From an uncultured Anaerotignum sp. (GTDB lineage Bacteria; Bacillota; Clostridia; Lachnospirales; Anaerotignaceae), in the NCBI GenBank assembly GCA_944381385.1, contig CALWKZ010000117.1:1-58661 (forward strand): a stretch of 58,661 bases of DNA, given 5' to 3'. The notes beneath the pieces are model-generated. The model was not told where the DNA came from and searched no databases. It saw only the letters and a list, made by a program, of their open reading frames with translations. This document shows positions 1 to 8,837 of the stretch, in pieces. The position numbers and the translations under genes were made by a program. Positions within the stretch are counted from its first letter, which is position 1. Each line of letters opens with the position of its first letter.

Positions 1-1189
1 CCAGCTTTGCCAGAGCCTGCGCCGCCTCCGTGGCAAAACGCACCTTATGCTCCGGCAGCTCCAGATTGTATTTCCTGCGGATGCAGGCGATCTGGAAGGA
101 GATATAATGCACGGCGTTCACCAGCAGCTTGGCGAACTCCGCCGAGCCGTTCTGTTTGATAAACTCATCCGGGTCCTTGCCATCGGGCACCTGGGTCACA
201 CGTACCCGGAACCCGTTGGAAACCAGCACAGGAATGGCCCGCAGAGCCGCGTTGGTCCCCGCCTCGTCGCTGTCATACAGGAGGATCACATCCTCCGCGT
301 ATTTTTTCAGGGTCGCGGCATGCTCCTTATTGAAGGCTGTGCCCAAAGACGCCACCACATTATGAAATCCCGCCTGATAAACGGAAAGCATATCCATATA
401 CCCCTCCACCAGGATCAGCTCCTTTTTCCGGGCTGCCTTGGCGAAGTTCAATCCGTAGAGATTCCTGCTTTTGCTGAAAAGCACCGTTTCCGGCGAATTC
501 AGATATTTCGGCTCGCCCTTTCCCAAAATACGCCCGCCAAAGCCTACCACGCGGCCCTGGGGGTCAAATATGGGAAACATGAGCCTGCCTCGGAAACGGT
601 CGTGGAAGCCGTTCCCTTCTTTATCGGGTAAGGCCAGTCCCGCCTGCTCGATCTCTCCGGCGGAAAAGCCCTGCTCCTTTAAGTAATCAAACAACCCGTG
701 CCGGCCCTCCGGGGCATAGCCCAAACCGAACTTCCGGCACATAGCCGGCTGCAGCTTCCGCCGCTCCAGATACCGTCTGGCTTCCTCCCCCTGCGCGGAC
801 TGGAGGGTATCGTAGAAAAAACGACCCGCCAGCTTATGCATCAAAAACAGCCGTTCCTTCAGCTTTTCCATGGCGAGGGCCTGTCCGGTCATATTCTGTT
901 TGGGCAGCGGGATATTGGCCCGCTCCGCCAGCTTCTTCACCGCTTCAGGGAAGTCGCAGTTTTCCATCTCCATGAGGAACCCGAACACATTCCCCGCCGC
1001 CCCGCAGCCAAAGCAGTAATAAAACTGCTTCTCGCTGTTGACGGAAAAAGAAGGCGTTTTCTCATGATGGAAAGGGCACAGCCCGAAATAGGAGCTGCCC
1101 TTCTGCTTCAGGGGGACATACTGGGAAACGATCTCTACGATATCGTTCTGCATACGGATCTCTTCGATCAATTCTCTGGGATACCGCAT
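1..1189 (-). CDS. dnaG: DNA primase (3' end beyond window)
   Basis: Manual translation from ATG 1189: MRYPRELIEEIRMQNDIVEIVSQYVPLKQKGSSYFGLCPFHHEKTPSFSV (CHC2 zinc finger); GGAGG RBS; downstream of dgt. Not in the ORF track because it runs off the edge. Confidence 0.95.
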   Translation of the reverse strand, partial: MRYPRELIEEIRMQNDIVEIVSQYVPLKQKGSSYFGLCPFHHEKTPSFSVNSEKQFYYCFGCGAAGNVFGFLMEMENCDFPEAVKKLAERANIPLPKQNMTGQALAMEKLKERLFLMHKLAGRFFYDTLQSAQGEEARRYLERRKLQPAMCRKFGLGYAPEGRHGLFDYLKEQGFSAGEIEQAGLALPDKEGNGFHDRFRGRLMFPIFDPQGRVVGFGGRILGKGEPKYLNSPETVLFSKSRNLYGLNFAKAARKKELILVEGYMDMLSVYQAGFHNVVASLGTAFNKEHAATLKKYAEDVILLYDSDEAGTNAALRAIPVLVSNGFRVRVTQVPDGKDPDEFIKQNGSAEFAKLLVNAVHYISFQIACIRRKYNLELPEHKVRFATEAAQALAKL

Positions 1190-1393
1190 TTTTCCTCCCC
1201 CCTTTCCCTTTGAAAACGCGGGCATGATTTTTTCCAAAACAGCTGAAAAGGAAGCTGTTACACTTCCTTTTTCCTTTCTTACTTCATAGTTTTCGACATT
1301 ATCTCAAAAATTCCTTCCTTTTCTCCCCGTTTTGTATGATTGAACAAAAACCGCGGAGAAAAAGCAATCATTTCTCAAAAATTTATCAATAAA

Positions 1394-2407
1394 TCAAAGG
1401 ACGCTCCATTCTTCGGGAATGAAGATCTTTTTGAACCGGGCTACGGCAAAGCGATCCGTCATACAGGCCACATAATCGCAGACCGTCTGCTGCTTCGTCT
1501 CTCCCTCCGCCATCAGCCGCAGGAATTCCTCATCCATCTCGTCGGGATGCTCCATATAATAATCAAAGAGATCCCCCACGATCTTCTCCGCTTTTTTATG
1601 CTCCTCCAGAGCCACAGGGCTGGCGTATACCCGCTGGAACATGAAAGCCCGCAGGCCCATCAAGGTCTGGCGCATCTGGGTACTCATGCAGATATCGCCC
1701 TTTCCCATGCTGTTCTGTATGGTGTCCCGGATCATGGCGTTGATACGCTTGCTGGAGGTGCCGCCAATAACGGCCACGTACTCCGCCGGAATATCCTCCG
1801 GCCGCAGCATCCCTGCCCGGATGGCGTCATCGATATCGTGGTTGGTATAGGCGATCTTATCGGAAAGCTGCACCACCTTTCCCTCCAAGGTAGACGGAGA
1901 GCCGCTGGTACGGTGGTTCAGGATGCCGTCCCGCACTTCCCAGGTCAGATTCAGCCCGGCGCCGTCCTTTTCCAATCTGTCCACCATCCGCAGGCTCTGC
2001 TCGTTGTGGGCAAAGCCGCCCATGTTTTGGCACAGCTCGTCCAGCTTCCGTTCCCCGGCATGGCCGAAGGGCGTGTGGCCCAGGTCATGGCCCAGGGCGA
2101 TAGCCTCCGTCAAATCCTCATTGAGCCGCAAGGTGCGGGATATGGTCCTGGCGATCTGAGAAACCTCCAGGGTATGGGTCAGTCTCGTCCGGTAATGGTC
2201 TCCTTCCGGGGAAATAAAGACCTGCGTCTTGTGCTTCATCCTCCGAAACGCCTTGCAGTGGATGATACGGTCCCGGTCCCGCTGAAAATCCGTACGGATA
2301 TCACACTTTTCCTCCGCTCTGGCGCGTCCCTTCGTCTGGGCGCTTTTGGCCGCGAATTCCCCCAGTGTCTTTTCCTCCAGTTCTTCCTGAAATAAACGGT
2401 ATTCCAT
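1394..2407 (-). CDS. dgt: dGTP triphosphohydrolase-like HD-domain protein
   Basis: RTDFQRDRDRI, KTQVF, RTRLTHTLEV, HDLGHTPFGH motifs; typical position upstream of dnaG. Confidence 0.93.
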   Translation of the reverse strand: MEYRLFQEELEEKTLGEFAAKSAQTKGRARAEEKCDIRTDFQRDRDRIIHCKAFRRMKHKTQVFISPEGDHYRTRLTHTLEVSQIARTISRTLRLNEDLTEAIALGHDLGHTPFGHAGERKLDELCQNMGGFAHNEQSLRMVDRLEKDGAGLNLTWEVRDGILNHRTSGSPSTLEGKVVQLSDKIAYTNHDIDDAIRAGMLRPEDIPAEYVAVIGGTSSKRINAMIRDTIQNSMGKGDICMSTQMRQTLMGLRAFMFQRVYASPVALEEHKKAEKIVGDLFDYYMEHPDEMDEEFLRLMAEGETKQQTVCDYVACMTDRFAVARFKKIFIPEEWSVL

Positions 2408-2548
2408 CGTACCACCCTCCTTTTTTCTCTTCTATATTGTAAGAATACGCCGTTTTGCGGAAAAAACCTCTTTTTTCCCAACAAAAAAACAGGGAATTTC
2501 CCTGCAAATCAAGGTCTTTCCCTGTTTCCCCGTCAAACGCATTCCGCC

Positions 2549-2974
2549 TCAGGGCTGGAACTGCTTAAAGTACGTTTTCGCGAAAATATCCTTTAAGGCC
2601 AGCATAGCGTCCTCGGCCGAGTAGCCGTATTTGTCCTGTACCTCCCGGATCATGGCCGCGAACTGTGCCTCATAAGGCCCGCAGTCCATTTCCTGCTGAT
2701 AGGTCACCAGAATGGGATACAGCTTCGTCCAGTCCACCACATAACCCGTTTCCGTGGCCTTGATCTGAGGCTGTTTTTCTTCCTCCGCCAACAGACTGCC
2801 GCAGTCTGTGTCCAGTGCCTCCGCCAGCTTCATCAGCCCCGGCACCGTCGGCACCGTCACGCCGGCCTCCCACTTGGATACGGTCTGTCTGGCTACGTTC
2901 AGCTTCTCCGCCAACGCCTCCTGAGTCAGCCCCGCCGCCTTTCTGGCCCGGGTAATATTTTCTCCTAACACCAT
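2549..2974 (-). CDS. XRE-family HTH regulator with unknown C-terminal domain
   Basis: ARKAAGLTQEALAEKLNVARQTVSKWE; start moved to ATG 2974 behind GGAGG. Confidence 0.85.
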   Translation of the reverse strand: MVLGENITRARKAAGLTQEALAEKLNVARQTVSKWEAGVTVPTVPGLMKLAEALDTDCGSLLAEEEKQPQIKATETGYVVDWTKLYPILVTYQQEMDCGPYEAQFAAMIREVQDKYGYSAEDAMLALKDIFAKTYFKQFQP

Positions 2975-3067
2975 ATGCTCGCCTCCTCCGCTGTTTTCCC
3001 TGATTTTATCACAGGCCGGAGGAAAAGAACACCACTTCCGGCAGCAAAAAAGCACTTCCCGCGTGCC

Positions 3068-3871
3068 TTATTCCGGCACCTTGCCGTCTCCCCGGTATTC
3101 CGCCAGCCGACGGCCCCGCACCTGCACAAATTCCATTTCCGGATAGCGCAGCGCCGTCAGATAACCGCCGTAAACACAGCCCTGGTCGATATCCACCGTA
3201 TTGCGGAAAATCTCCGGCCGCTCCGCCACCGTGTGGCCGTAGACCACCAACGCCCTGCCGTTGTATTCCTCCGCCCAGTTGAGCCGCTGGGGCCTGCCGT
3301 TTTCGTCTGTCTGTCCCGTGGTCTCGCCATAAAGGCAGACCGCCCGGATCTTATTGGAAAAGCGGCCCATGGATTCCGCCCGCAACCCACCATGAACCAC
3401 CGCCAGCCGCTTTTTGTCCAGCATCAGATAATAGCACTGGCTCTCATAGCATTGGAGGTACCTCTGGCGGAAGGCCCGGCGCTCGTCCTTGCTGAGCCGT
3501 TCATACTCCGCCACCGTATGCTCCAGGCCGTGAGAAATATGCACTTTGTTCCCCAGCAGATAGCGGTAGAGCTTATTGCAGTGGTTGCCATGGATCCAGA
3601 AGGCTCCGCCGTACTGCACCTGATCCATCCAGAAATCCAGACAGGCCAGGTTCTCATCGCCCTTGTCCGCCACATCTCCCACAGAGATCAGGCGGCGGCC
3701 CTGGGGATGGACCCAGCGGTTCCCCTCTTTCCGGTAGCCCAGGGCCCCGATCAGTTCCATCAGCTCCCGGTAACAGCCGTGGACATCTCCCACAATATCA
3801 AATTTATTTTCCCGAAACTCCAGGATACGGAAATTTCGCTGTCTTTTTTCCTGCATACCGTCCACCATCAT
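3068..3871 (-). CDS. prpE: PrpE-like metallophosphoesterase (Ap4A hydrolase/phosphatase family)
   Basis: GDVHGC, VGDVADKG, GNHCNKLYR, VYGHT, IDQGCVYGG motifs; start codon uncertain. Confidence 0.75.
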   Translation of the reverse strand: MMVDGMQEKRQRNFRILEFRENKFDIVGDVHGCYRELMELIGALGYRKEGNRWVHPQGRRLISVGDVADKGDENLACLDFWMDQVQYGGAFWIHGNHCNKLYRYLLGNKVHISHGLEHTVAEYERLSKDERRAFRQRYLQCYESQCYYLMLDKKRLAVVHGGLRAESMGRFSNKIRAVCLYGETTGQTDENGRPQRLNWAEEYNGRALVVYGHTVAERPEIFRNTVDIDQGCVYGGYLTALRYPEMEFVQVRGRRLAEYRGDGKVPE

Positions 3872-3991
3872 CTTTTGTCCAATTTGTCTCCTTTTAGTAT
3901 CATAACATAAAAACGGCCCCTGCGGAAAAAAATATGAAAAAACCTCTTCTCCCCGGCATATATTGAACCATAACAGGGAGGTGAGCCATGG

Positions 3992-4150
3992 ATGTACGCC
4001 AACAACCCTATCCCTCTGCCCTTCGGCAGACAGGAACACGCTGCCAAGGCCGGCGGGGCTGCGGAAAAACAGCCGGCAAAACCACAGCGGAACGGTTCCG
4101 CCTGTCACCCGCTGGCGGCCCTACTTTTATGGGAGCTGCTCCGGGGATAA
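3992..4150 (+). CDS. Small hypothetical protein (52 aa), possibly sporulation-related
   Basis: Manual ORF MYANNPIPLPFGRQ...HPLAALLLWELLRG; GGAGG at 3977-3981; CATATATT at 3957-3964; hairpin terminator follows. An alternative frame from ATG 3988 also exists. Confidence 0.5.
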   Translation: MYANNPIPLPFGRQEHAAKAGGAAEKQPAKPQRNGSACHPLAALLLWELLRG

Positions 4151-4158
4151 AAGGCACA

Positions 4159-4196
4159 AAAAAAGCATGAGCCTATATAGGGATTCATGCTTTTTT
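4159..4196. terminator. Bidirectional intrinsic terminator
   Basis: A-tract, GCATGA...TCATGC stem, T-tract between convergent ORFs. Confidence 0.6.
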
Positions 4197-4228
4197 CCTT
4201 TTCACGGGCACATTTTCCGAAAAAGAAG

Positions 4229-4492
4229 CTATCTTCCAAAAAACGCCATCATCTGCTGCAGCTGCTGCCGTTCCCCGGGAGACATGCTTTCCGTCAGCGC
4301 CAGAAAGAGCGCGTTTTGCTCCTCTTTGGACAGGCTGCCGCCTGCCGCCAGCTTTTCCCCGTACTCCAAAAACACGTCCAACCGCTCCATGCCCGTTTTC
4401 CCTTTACTTTTCTCCTGGGCCTCCCGCAGCAAACGCAGACGTTCCTCGCCCAGCGCCTGTACTTCCGGCTTTTCCCATACCGATGCCATCAT
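4229..4492 (-). CDS. Hypothetical helical protein
   Basis: 87-aa ORF with AGGAGG RBS; ends in an LFLALTESMSPGERQQLQQMM motif similar to its neighbours. Confidence 0.7.
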   Translation of the reverse strand: MMASVWEKPEVQALGEERLRLLREAQEKSKGKTGMERLDVFLEYGEKLAAGGSLSKEEQNALFLALTESMSPGERQQLQQMMAFFGR

Positions 4493-4913
4493 ATTCCTCC
4501 TTTTTCTGCAAGATCTGCCGTACTTCCATGACCTTCAAAACCAGCTCCAGACTGCGGCCTTCCTCCTCCGAAAGACAGGGCCGGATCGCCGCCAGCATAT
4601 TCCGGCGCCGTTGGAAGGCGGACTGGCCGCTTCGGCTCCTGGCCTCCAGAACGCCGCTTTCCAGCACCCGCCGCATCTGCATCAGACGCACGATCACATA
4701 CAGATCCTTCTGATACTCCTGATCCAGAAAAGGAATGGCGGCAAAGAGCATCCGTTCGTTTTTCGTCTCCTCAAAAACGGAGGGTTCCCCTTCCGGCGGT
4801 TCCGCAGACGGCTGACTGCCCATGAGCCGCCGAAGGCGTTCCGCCCGGCGCAGCATCTGCAGGCCCTCGGCCCCCTGGAGCAGTTCCGCCCACTGCATCT
4901 TATTTTCCTCCAT
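4404..4913 (-). CDS. Hypothetical protein with two internal helical repeats
   Basis: GGAGG RBS 9 nt before ATG 4913; MLFAAIPFLDQEYQKDLYVIVRLMQMRRVL vs MLAAIRPCLSEEEGRSLELVLKVMEVRQIL. Confidence 0.7.
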   Translation of the reverse strand: MEENKMQWAELLQGAEGLQMLRRAERLRRLMGSQPSAEPPEGEPSVFEETKNERMLFAAIPFLDQEYQKDLYVIVRLMQMRRVLESGVLEARSRSGQSAFQRRRNMLAAIRPCLSEEEGRSLELVLKVMEVRQILQKKEEYDGIGMGKAGSTGAGRGTSAFAAGGPGEK

Positions 4914-5035
4914 GGACACAGACCTCCTCTGTCCTTTCTTTTCCTATGCTTATGTGGCATCAGCAAAAAAAATACCTCTCCCAGTCCCAAAGCCGCCGCT
5001 TTTACATACTAATAGGGAGAAAGGAGGTTTTTCCT

Positions 5036-5215
5036 ATGGCATATATTTCCGCCCCCGCTCCTACGGGAAAAGGCGTGGGCATCGCCATACTGGATACCGG
5101 CGTTTCTCCCGTGGCGGACTTTACCCAGCCCCAAAACAGAATTGTCTGCTTCCGGGACTTTGTCAATGGCAGAACACGTCCCTATGACGATAACGGACAC
5201 GGCACCCATGTCACG
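5036..5215 (+). CDS. S8 subtilase (AprX-like), 5' fragment (aa 1-60) of an interrupted gene
   Basis: AAGGAGG RBS; TGKGVGIAILDTG (catalytic Asp) and DDNGHGTHVT (catalytic His); homology stops exactly at the direct repeat and the frame runs 20 unrelated codons to a stop at 5278. Confidence 0.9.
5204..5215 (+). repeat. attL core, ACCCATGTCACG
   Basis: Identical to 11057-11068. Confidence 0.9.
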
Positions 5216-5230
5216 TGTTTTTTTCCACGG

Positions 5231-5266
5231 CAAAGGCCCCCGGACGCAGCGCGCCGGGGGCCTTTG
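5231..5266. terminator. Perfect 13-bp GC-rich hairpin just inside attL
   Basis: CAAAGGCCCCCGG-N10-CCGGGGGCCTTTG; no clean U-tract on either side, so terminator function is uncertain. Confidence 0.5.
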
Positions 5267-5337
5267 GTCAATGAGTGATATGCAAATCATTTTGATAGGA
5301 GTTTTATGTTGTTTTCCCCGCAGGGAATATGGCGGCC

Positions 5338-5418
5338 TCAGAGGAACATGACCACTGCGGCCAGAATGATGACGCTGGCGCCGAGAACACGGCTGCCCAG
5401 CTGGATACGCCACTGCAT
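5338..5418 (-). CDS. Small hydrophobic peptide (26 aa) downstream of dctM
   Basis: MQWRIQLGSRVLGASVIILAAVVMFL with GGGAGG RBS, 19 nt after the dctM stop. Confidence 0.55.
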   Translation of the reverse strand: MQWRIQLGSRVLGASVIILAAVVMFL

Positions 5419-5437
5419 TTCTTTTCCTCCCTTTCTC

Positions 5438-6730
5438 TTAACCCATCATATTGGGCAGGATCATGGAGATGGCAGGAACGTAAGTGATCAGCATCAGCGT
5501 AGCGATCATCAGCACCAGGAAGGGGACAATCCCCTTGATGACCACATCCAGCGTCGTGCCGCCTACTCGCGACGATACGAAAAGGTTGACGCCCAGAGGA
5601 GGGGTGATGAAGCCGATCGCCAGGTTGGTTACCATGATGATGCCGAAGTGGATGGGGTCTACACCCAGAGCGGTTACCACAGGGAACAGGATGGGCGCCA
5701 GGATCATGATGGCGCATACAGTCTCCATGAAGCAGCCTACCAGCAGAAGCAGCAGGTTGATCAGCAGCAGGATGATGATCTTGCTGTCTGTCATGGAAGT
5801 CAGCAGTGTGGCAACGGTGGTGGGGATACGTCCCAGTGTCAGTACCTTGGAGAAGCCGGTTGCGCAGCCGATAACCACCAGGATCGTCGCTGTGGTTTCG
5901 CAGGCTCTTTTGGTCACATCCAGCAGTTCCATGAAATTCAGTTCCTTATATACGAACAGACCAATGATCAGGCTGTATACTACAGATACGGCCGCCGCCT
6001 CTGTCGGGGTGAAGATACCGCCGTAGATACCGCCCAGGATGATGACGGGAGACAGCAGTGCCCATTTGCCTCTCCATACTTCCCTCAGGGCCCGTTTGAT
6101 GCTGAAAGGCTCTGTATCGCCTTTGTAGCCGGCTTTCTTTGCGTAGAAATAGCTGTAGAAAATCAGAACCAGACCGATCAGAATACCGGGGATGAAGCCC
6201 GCCAGGAACAAAGAGCTGACGGAGCTGTTTACAGTTACGGAATAAACAACCATAGGGATACTGGGCGGGATGATAACGCCGATAGAGCCGGCGGCAGCAA
6301 TCAGCGCCAGTACGAATTTTTTGTCATAGCCTTTTTCCAGCATGGTAGGCACTACCATACCGCCGACAGCGGCAACCGTAGCCGGGCCGGAGCCGGAAAT
6401 CGCTGCAAAGAACATACAAACCACGACGGTTACGATGGCAAGGCCGCCGCTGATTCTGCCAAAGAATACGTTGGCAACATCCAGCAATCGCTTGGAAATA
6501 CCGCCGCCGCTCATCAATTCCCCGGCGAAAACAAAGAAGGGGATCGCCATAATCGGGAAGGAATCAACGCCAGTTACCATATTTCTGGCTACAAAGCCCA
6601 ATGTCAGCTGGTCTGTAAACAATATGTACGCAAGGGATGCGATCCCCAGTGAAAACCCGATGGGTATCGTCAGTACAAGACTGATAATCAATGTAATAAA
6701 TACTACCGCAGCAATCGCGCCTGTTGTCAT
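5438..6730 (-). CDS. dctM: TRAP transporter large permease
   Basis: AIPFFVFAGELM, FAAISGS, IIPPSIP, FTPTEAA, GFITPPLG motifs. Confidence 0.95.
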   Translation of the reverse strand: MTTGAIAAVVFITLIISLVLTIPIGFSLGIASLAYILFTDQLTLGFVARNMVTGVDSFPIMAIPFFVFAGELMSGGGISKRLLDVANVFFGRISGGLAIVTVVVCMFFAAISGSGPATVAAVGGMVVPTMLEKGYDKKFVLALIAAAGSIGVIIPPSIPMVVYSVTVNSSVSSLFLAGFIPGILIGLVLIFYSYFYAKKAGYKGDTEPFSIKRALREVWRGKWALLSPVIILGGIYGGIFTPTEAAAVSVVYSLIIGLFVYKELNFMELLDVTKRACETTATILVVIGCATGFSKVLTLGRIPTTVATLLTSMTDSKIIILLLINLLLLLVGCFMETVCAIMILAPILFPVVTALGVDPIHFGIIMVTNLAIGFITPPLGVNLFVSSRVGGTTLDVVIKGIVPFLVLMIATLMLITYVPAISMILPNMMG

Positions 6731-7215
6731 GCGTCCTGCACCTCCTCATGCTTGTGTAAATTCTTGATTCTTCTTACGATGCACTGTACCTGGCGGATAG
6801 CCGTCAGAGCGAAGCCCACCAGGGGCGCGCAGTATACAAACTGCATGGGTACGTGCAGAGCGGGAGAGATCTGGCCGCTGGCGGAAATCTTCTGGAACAC
6901 GGTAACAGAGGTTACTGCGATGAATACAGCGAAGATCAGCACAATGATCTCGCTAAAGATCTCTACATAGGGCCGCAGCTTCTTGGGATACAGATTGATG
7001 GCCGCGTCAATGCGGATATGAGCTTCCCGTCTTGCCGTATAGGCTACGGAGAAGTATACCAGCCATACAAAAAGATATCTTGCCATTTCCTCTGACCATG
7101 TCAGGGAATTGCCGAATACATAACGCATTACCACCTGGATAAAGATGATAATACTCATCAAAAACATCAGCGGTACAATAAAGCACGCCTCCAAATGCTC
7201 ATTGAGAAATTTCAT
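6727..7215 (-). CDS. dctQ: TRAP transporter small permease
   Basis: QVVMRYVF..SLTWSEEMARYLFVW, HIRID; about 4 TM segments. Confidence 0.93.
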   Translation of the reverse strand: MKFLNEHLEACFIVPLMFLMSIIIFIQVVMRYVFGNSLTWSEEMARYLFVWLVYFSVAYTARREAHIRIDAAINLYPKKLRPYVEIFSEIIVLIFAVFIAVTSVTVFQKISASGQISPALHVPMQFVYCAPLVGFALTAIRQVQCIVRRIKNLHKHEEVQDA

Positions 7216-7231
7216 ACCTACCCTTCCTTTC

Positions 7232-8362
7232 TTACTGTTCCGCCTCTGCAGCGTCCTCCGGATATTTCAGTTTCGCTTTTTCCACTTCGCTGTACAGAAG
7301 GTCGATGACTTCCGGATGCTCTACCTTGGTATAAGCCATATCCTTGATGCCTGCGCAGGCCGCCTTCATTTCCTCGATGGTCTCGTCGCTCAGCTCGCTG
7401 TAGTTCATGCCGGGATAATTTTTGATATTTTCCAGAGCCACCGCTTCGTATTCGGAACAGCGTTCTCTTTCATAAGCTACAGCCTCGTCGGATACCTTCA
7501 GGACGATCTCCTGCTGCTCCGGCGTCAGTTCGTTGAAACGCTCCTGACTCATCAGGATGATGTAAGGAGAGTAGATGTGTTTGGTATATACATAATATTT
7601 CTGCACTTCACAGAATTTGGACTGCCATGTCAGCTCCGCGCCGTTGTCCTGGCCGTCTACTGTGCCCTGCTGCAAAGCTGTGAACAGCTCTGTAAAGGCC
7701 ATAGGTGTAGGGTTGGCGCCGTATGCCTTCCACTGCGCCAGCTGCAGTTCGTTTTCCATGATACGAATCTTCAGGCCCTTCAGGTCGCTCATGGACTCAA
7801 TGGGACGATCCGTTGTGGAAAGGGTACGGAAGGAGTTCTCCTGCCACTGCAGCAGCTGGAAACCTACCTCGCTGAGCTGCTCGCCCAGGTAATCCCCCAG
7901 AGCCCCATCCAGCACCTCATATACCTGCTGCTTGTTTTCAAAGAGCCAGGGGATGTCCAGACAGAAAATATCGTTGCAGAAAGAAGCTACCGTTGCGTTT
8001 GTGGCAAGGACGATATCGTAATCGCCGAACTGGCAGCTTTCCAGCAGCTCACGCTCGCCGCCCAGCACGTTATCCGTATAAATATCTACGGTCATAGTGC
8101 CCTGGGATTCCTGCTCGATACGCATTTTGAAATATTTCGCCGCGTCGATGGTAGCCGGCGCGTTGCCCAAAGCATAAATCAGATGCTTACAGTCCTCCGT
8201 CAGTTCTACGCCGGAGTCAAAGTTCACCGGTTCTACCTTCTTTTCCACGAAACCGCTGGCAGAAGTCGATCCCGTGCCTTCCTGGCTTTCTTCCTGACCG
8301 CAGCCTGCCGCTCCAAAAAGCATTCCCGCCGCCAGAAGAAAAGCCAATCCTCTTTTGATCAT
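7232..8362 (-). CDS. dctP: TRAP substrate-binding lipoprotein
   Basis: Lipobox-like signal MIKRGLAFLLAAGMLFGAAGC; DLKGLKIR, PMAFTELFTALQQGTVDGQDN. Confidence 0.92.
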   Translation of the reverse strand: MIKRGLAFLLAAGMLFGAAGCGQEESQEGTGSTSASGFVEKKVEPVNFDSGVELTEDCKHLIYALGNAPATIDAAKYFKMRIEQESQGTMTVDIYTDNVLGGERELLESCQFGDYDIVLATNATVASFCNDIFCLDIPWLFENKQQVYEVLDGALGDYLGEQLSEVGFQLLQWQENSFRTLSTTDRPIESMSDLKGLKIRIMENELQLAQWKAYGANPTPMAFTELFTALQQGTVDGQDNGAELTWQSKFCEVQKYYVYTKHIYSPYIILMSQERFNELTPEQQEIVLKVSDEAVAYERERCSEYEAVALENIKNYPGMNYSELSDETIEEMKAACAGIKDMAYTKVEHPEVIDLLYSEVEKAKLKYPEDAAEAEQ

Positions 8363-8837
8363 ACAAATTCCTCCCTCTTTTAGTATCTTTCCCCTTGCCT
8401 TCCGCAAATGCATTTTTGATGTATAAATCTCATTTGCGGTAAATAAATCTTCTTTTGAGGCTTTTTTAAATTTAATTTAATTATAATTAATCTTCTGTTA
8501 AATTGCAATTAGCAGAAATAATCAATAAATCAAACAACTTTTTGTGTAAAGAAAACATCTGATTTTTATCTTAAATCGTCTCAAAATACATAAATGAAAC
8601 ATTTTTCCTAAAAAATACATCTATTTTCCATATGTTTCCATGTTAAAAAGTGTATTTTTCACAAACACATCTGTTTGTTTGTGCATTTTTAACTTATTCC
8701 ATATTAAAAAAATGTATATTTTATAGGAATATTGCCTGAGAATACGGATTTCATATTGAATTTTTCTCTTTTTAGATTTAGAATAAGGTTTGAACTGAAC
8801 AAGACCCATGGACTATACCAAAAAGGAGGTAGGATAT

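Noticed and set aside
3963-5012. 349-aa + strand ORF
   Set aside because: Overlaps a terminator and two RBS-supported minus-strand genes; no recognisable features.
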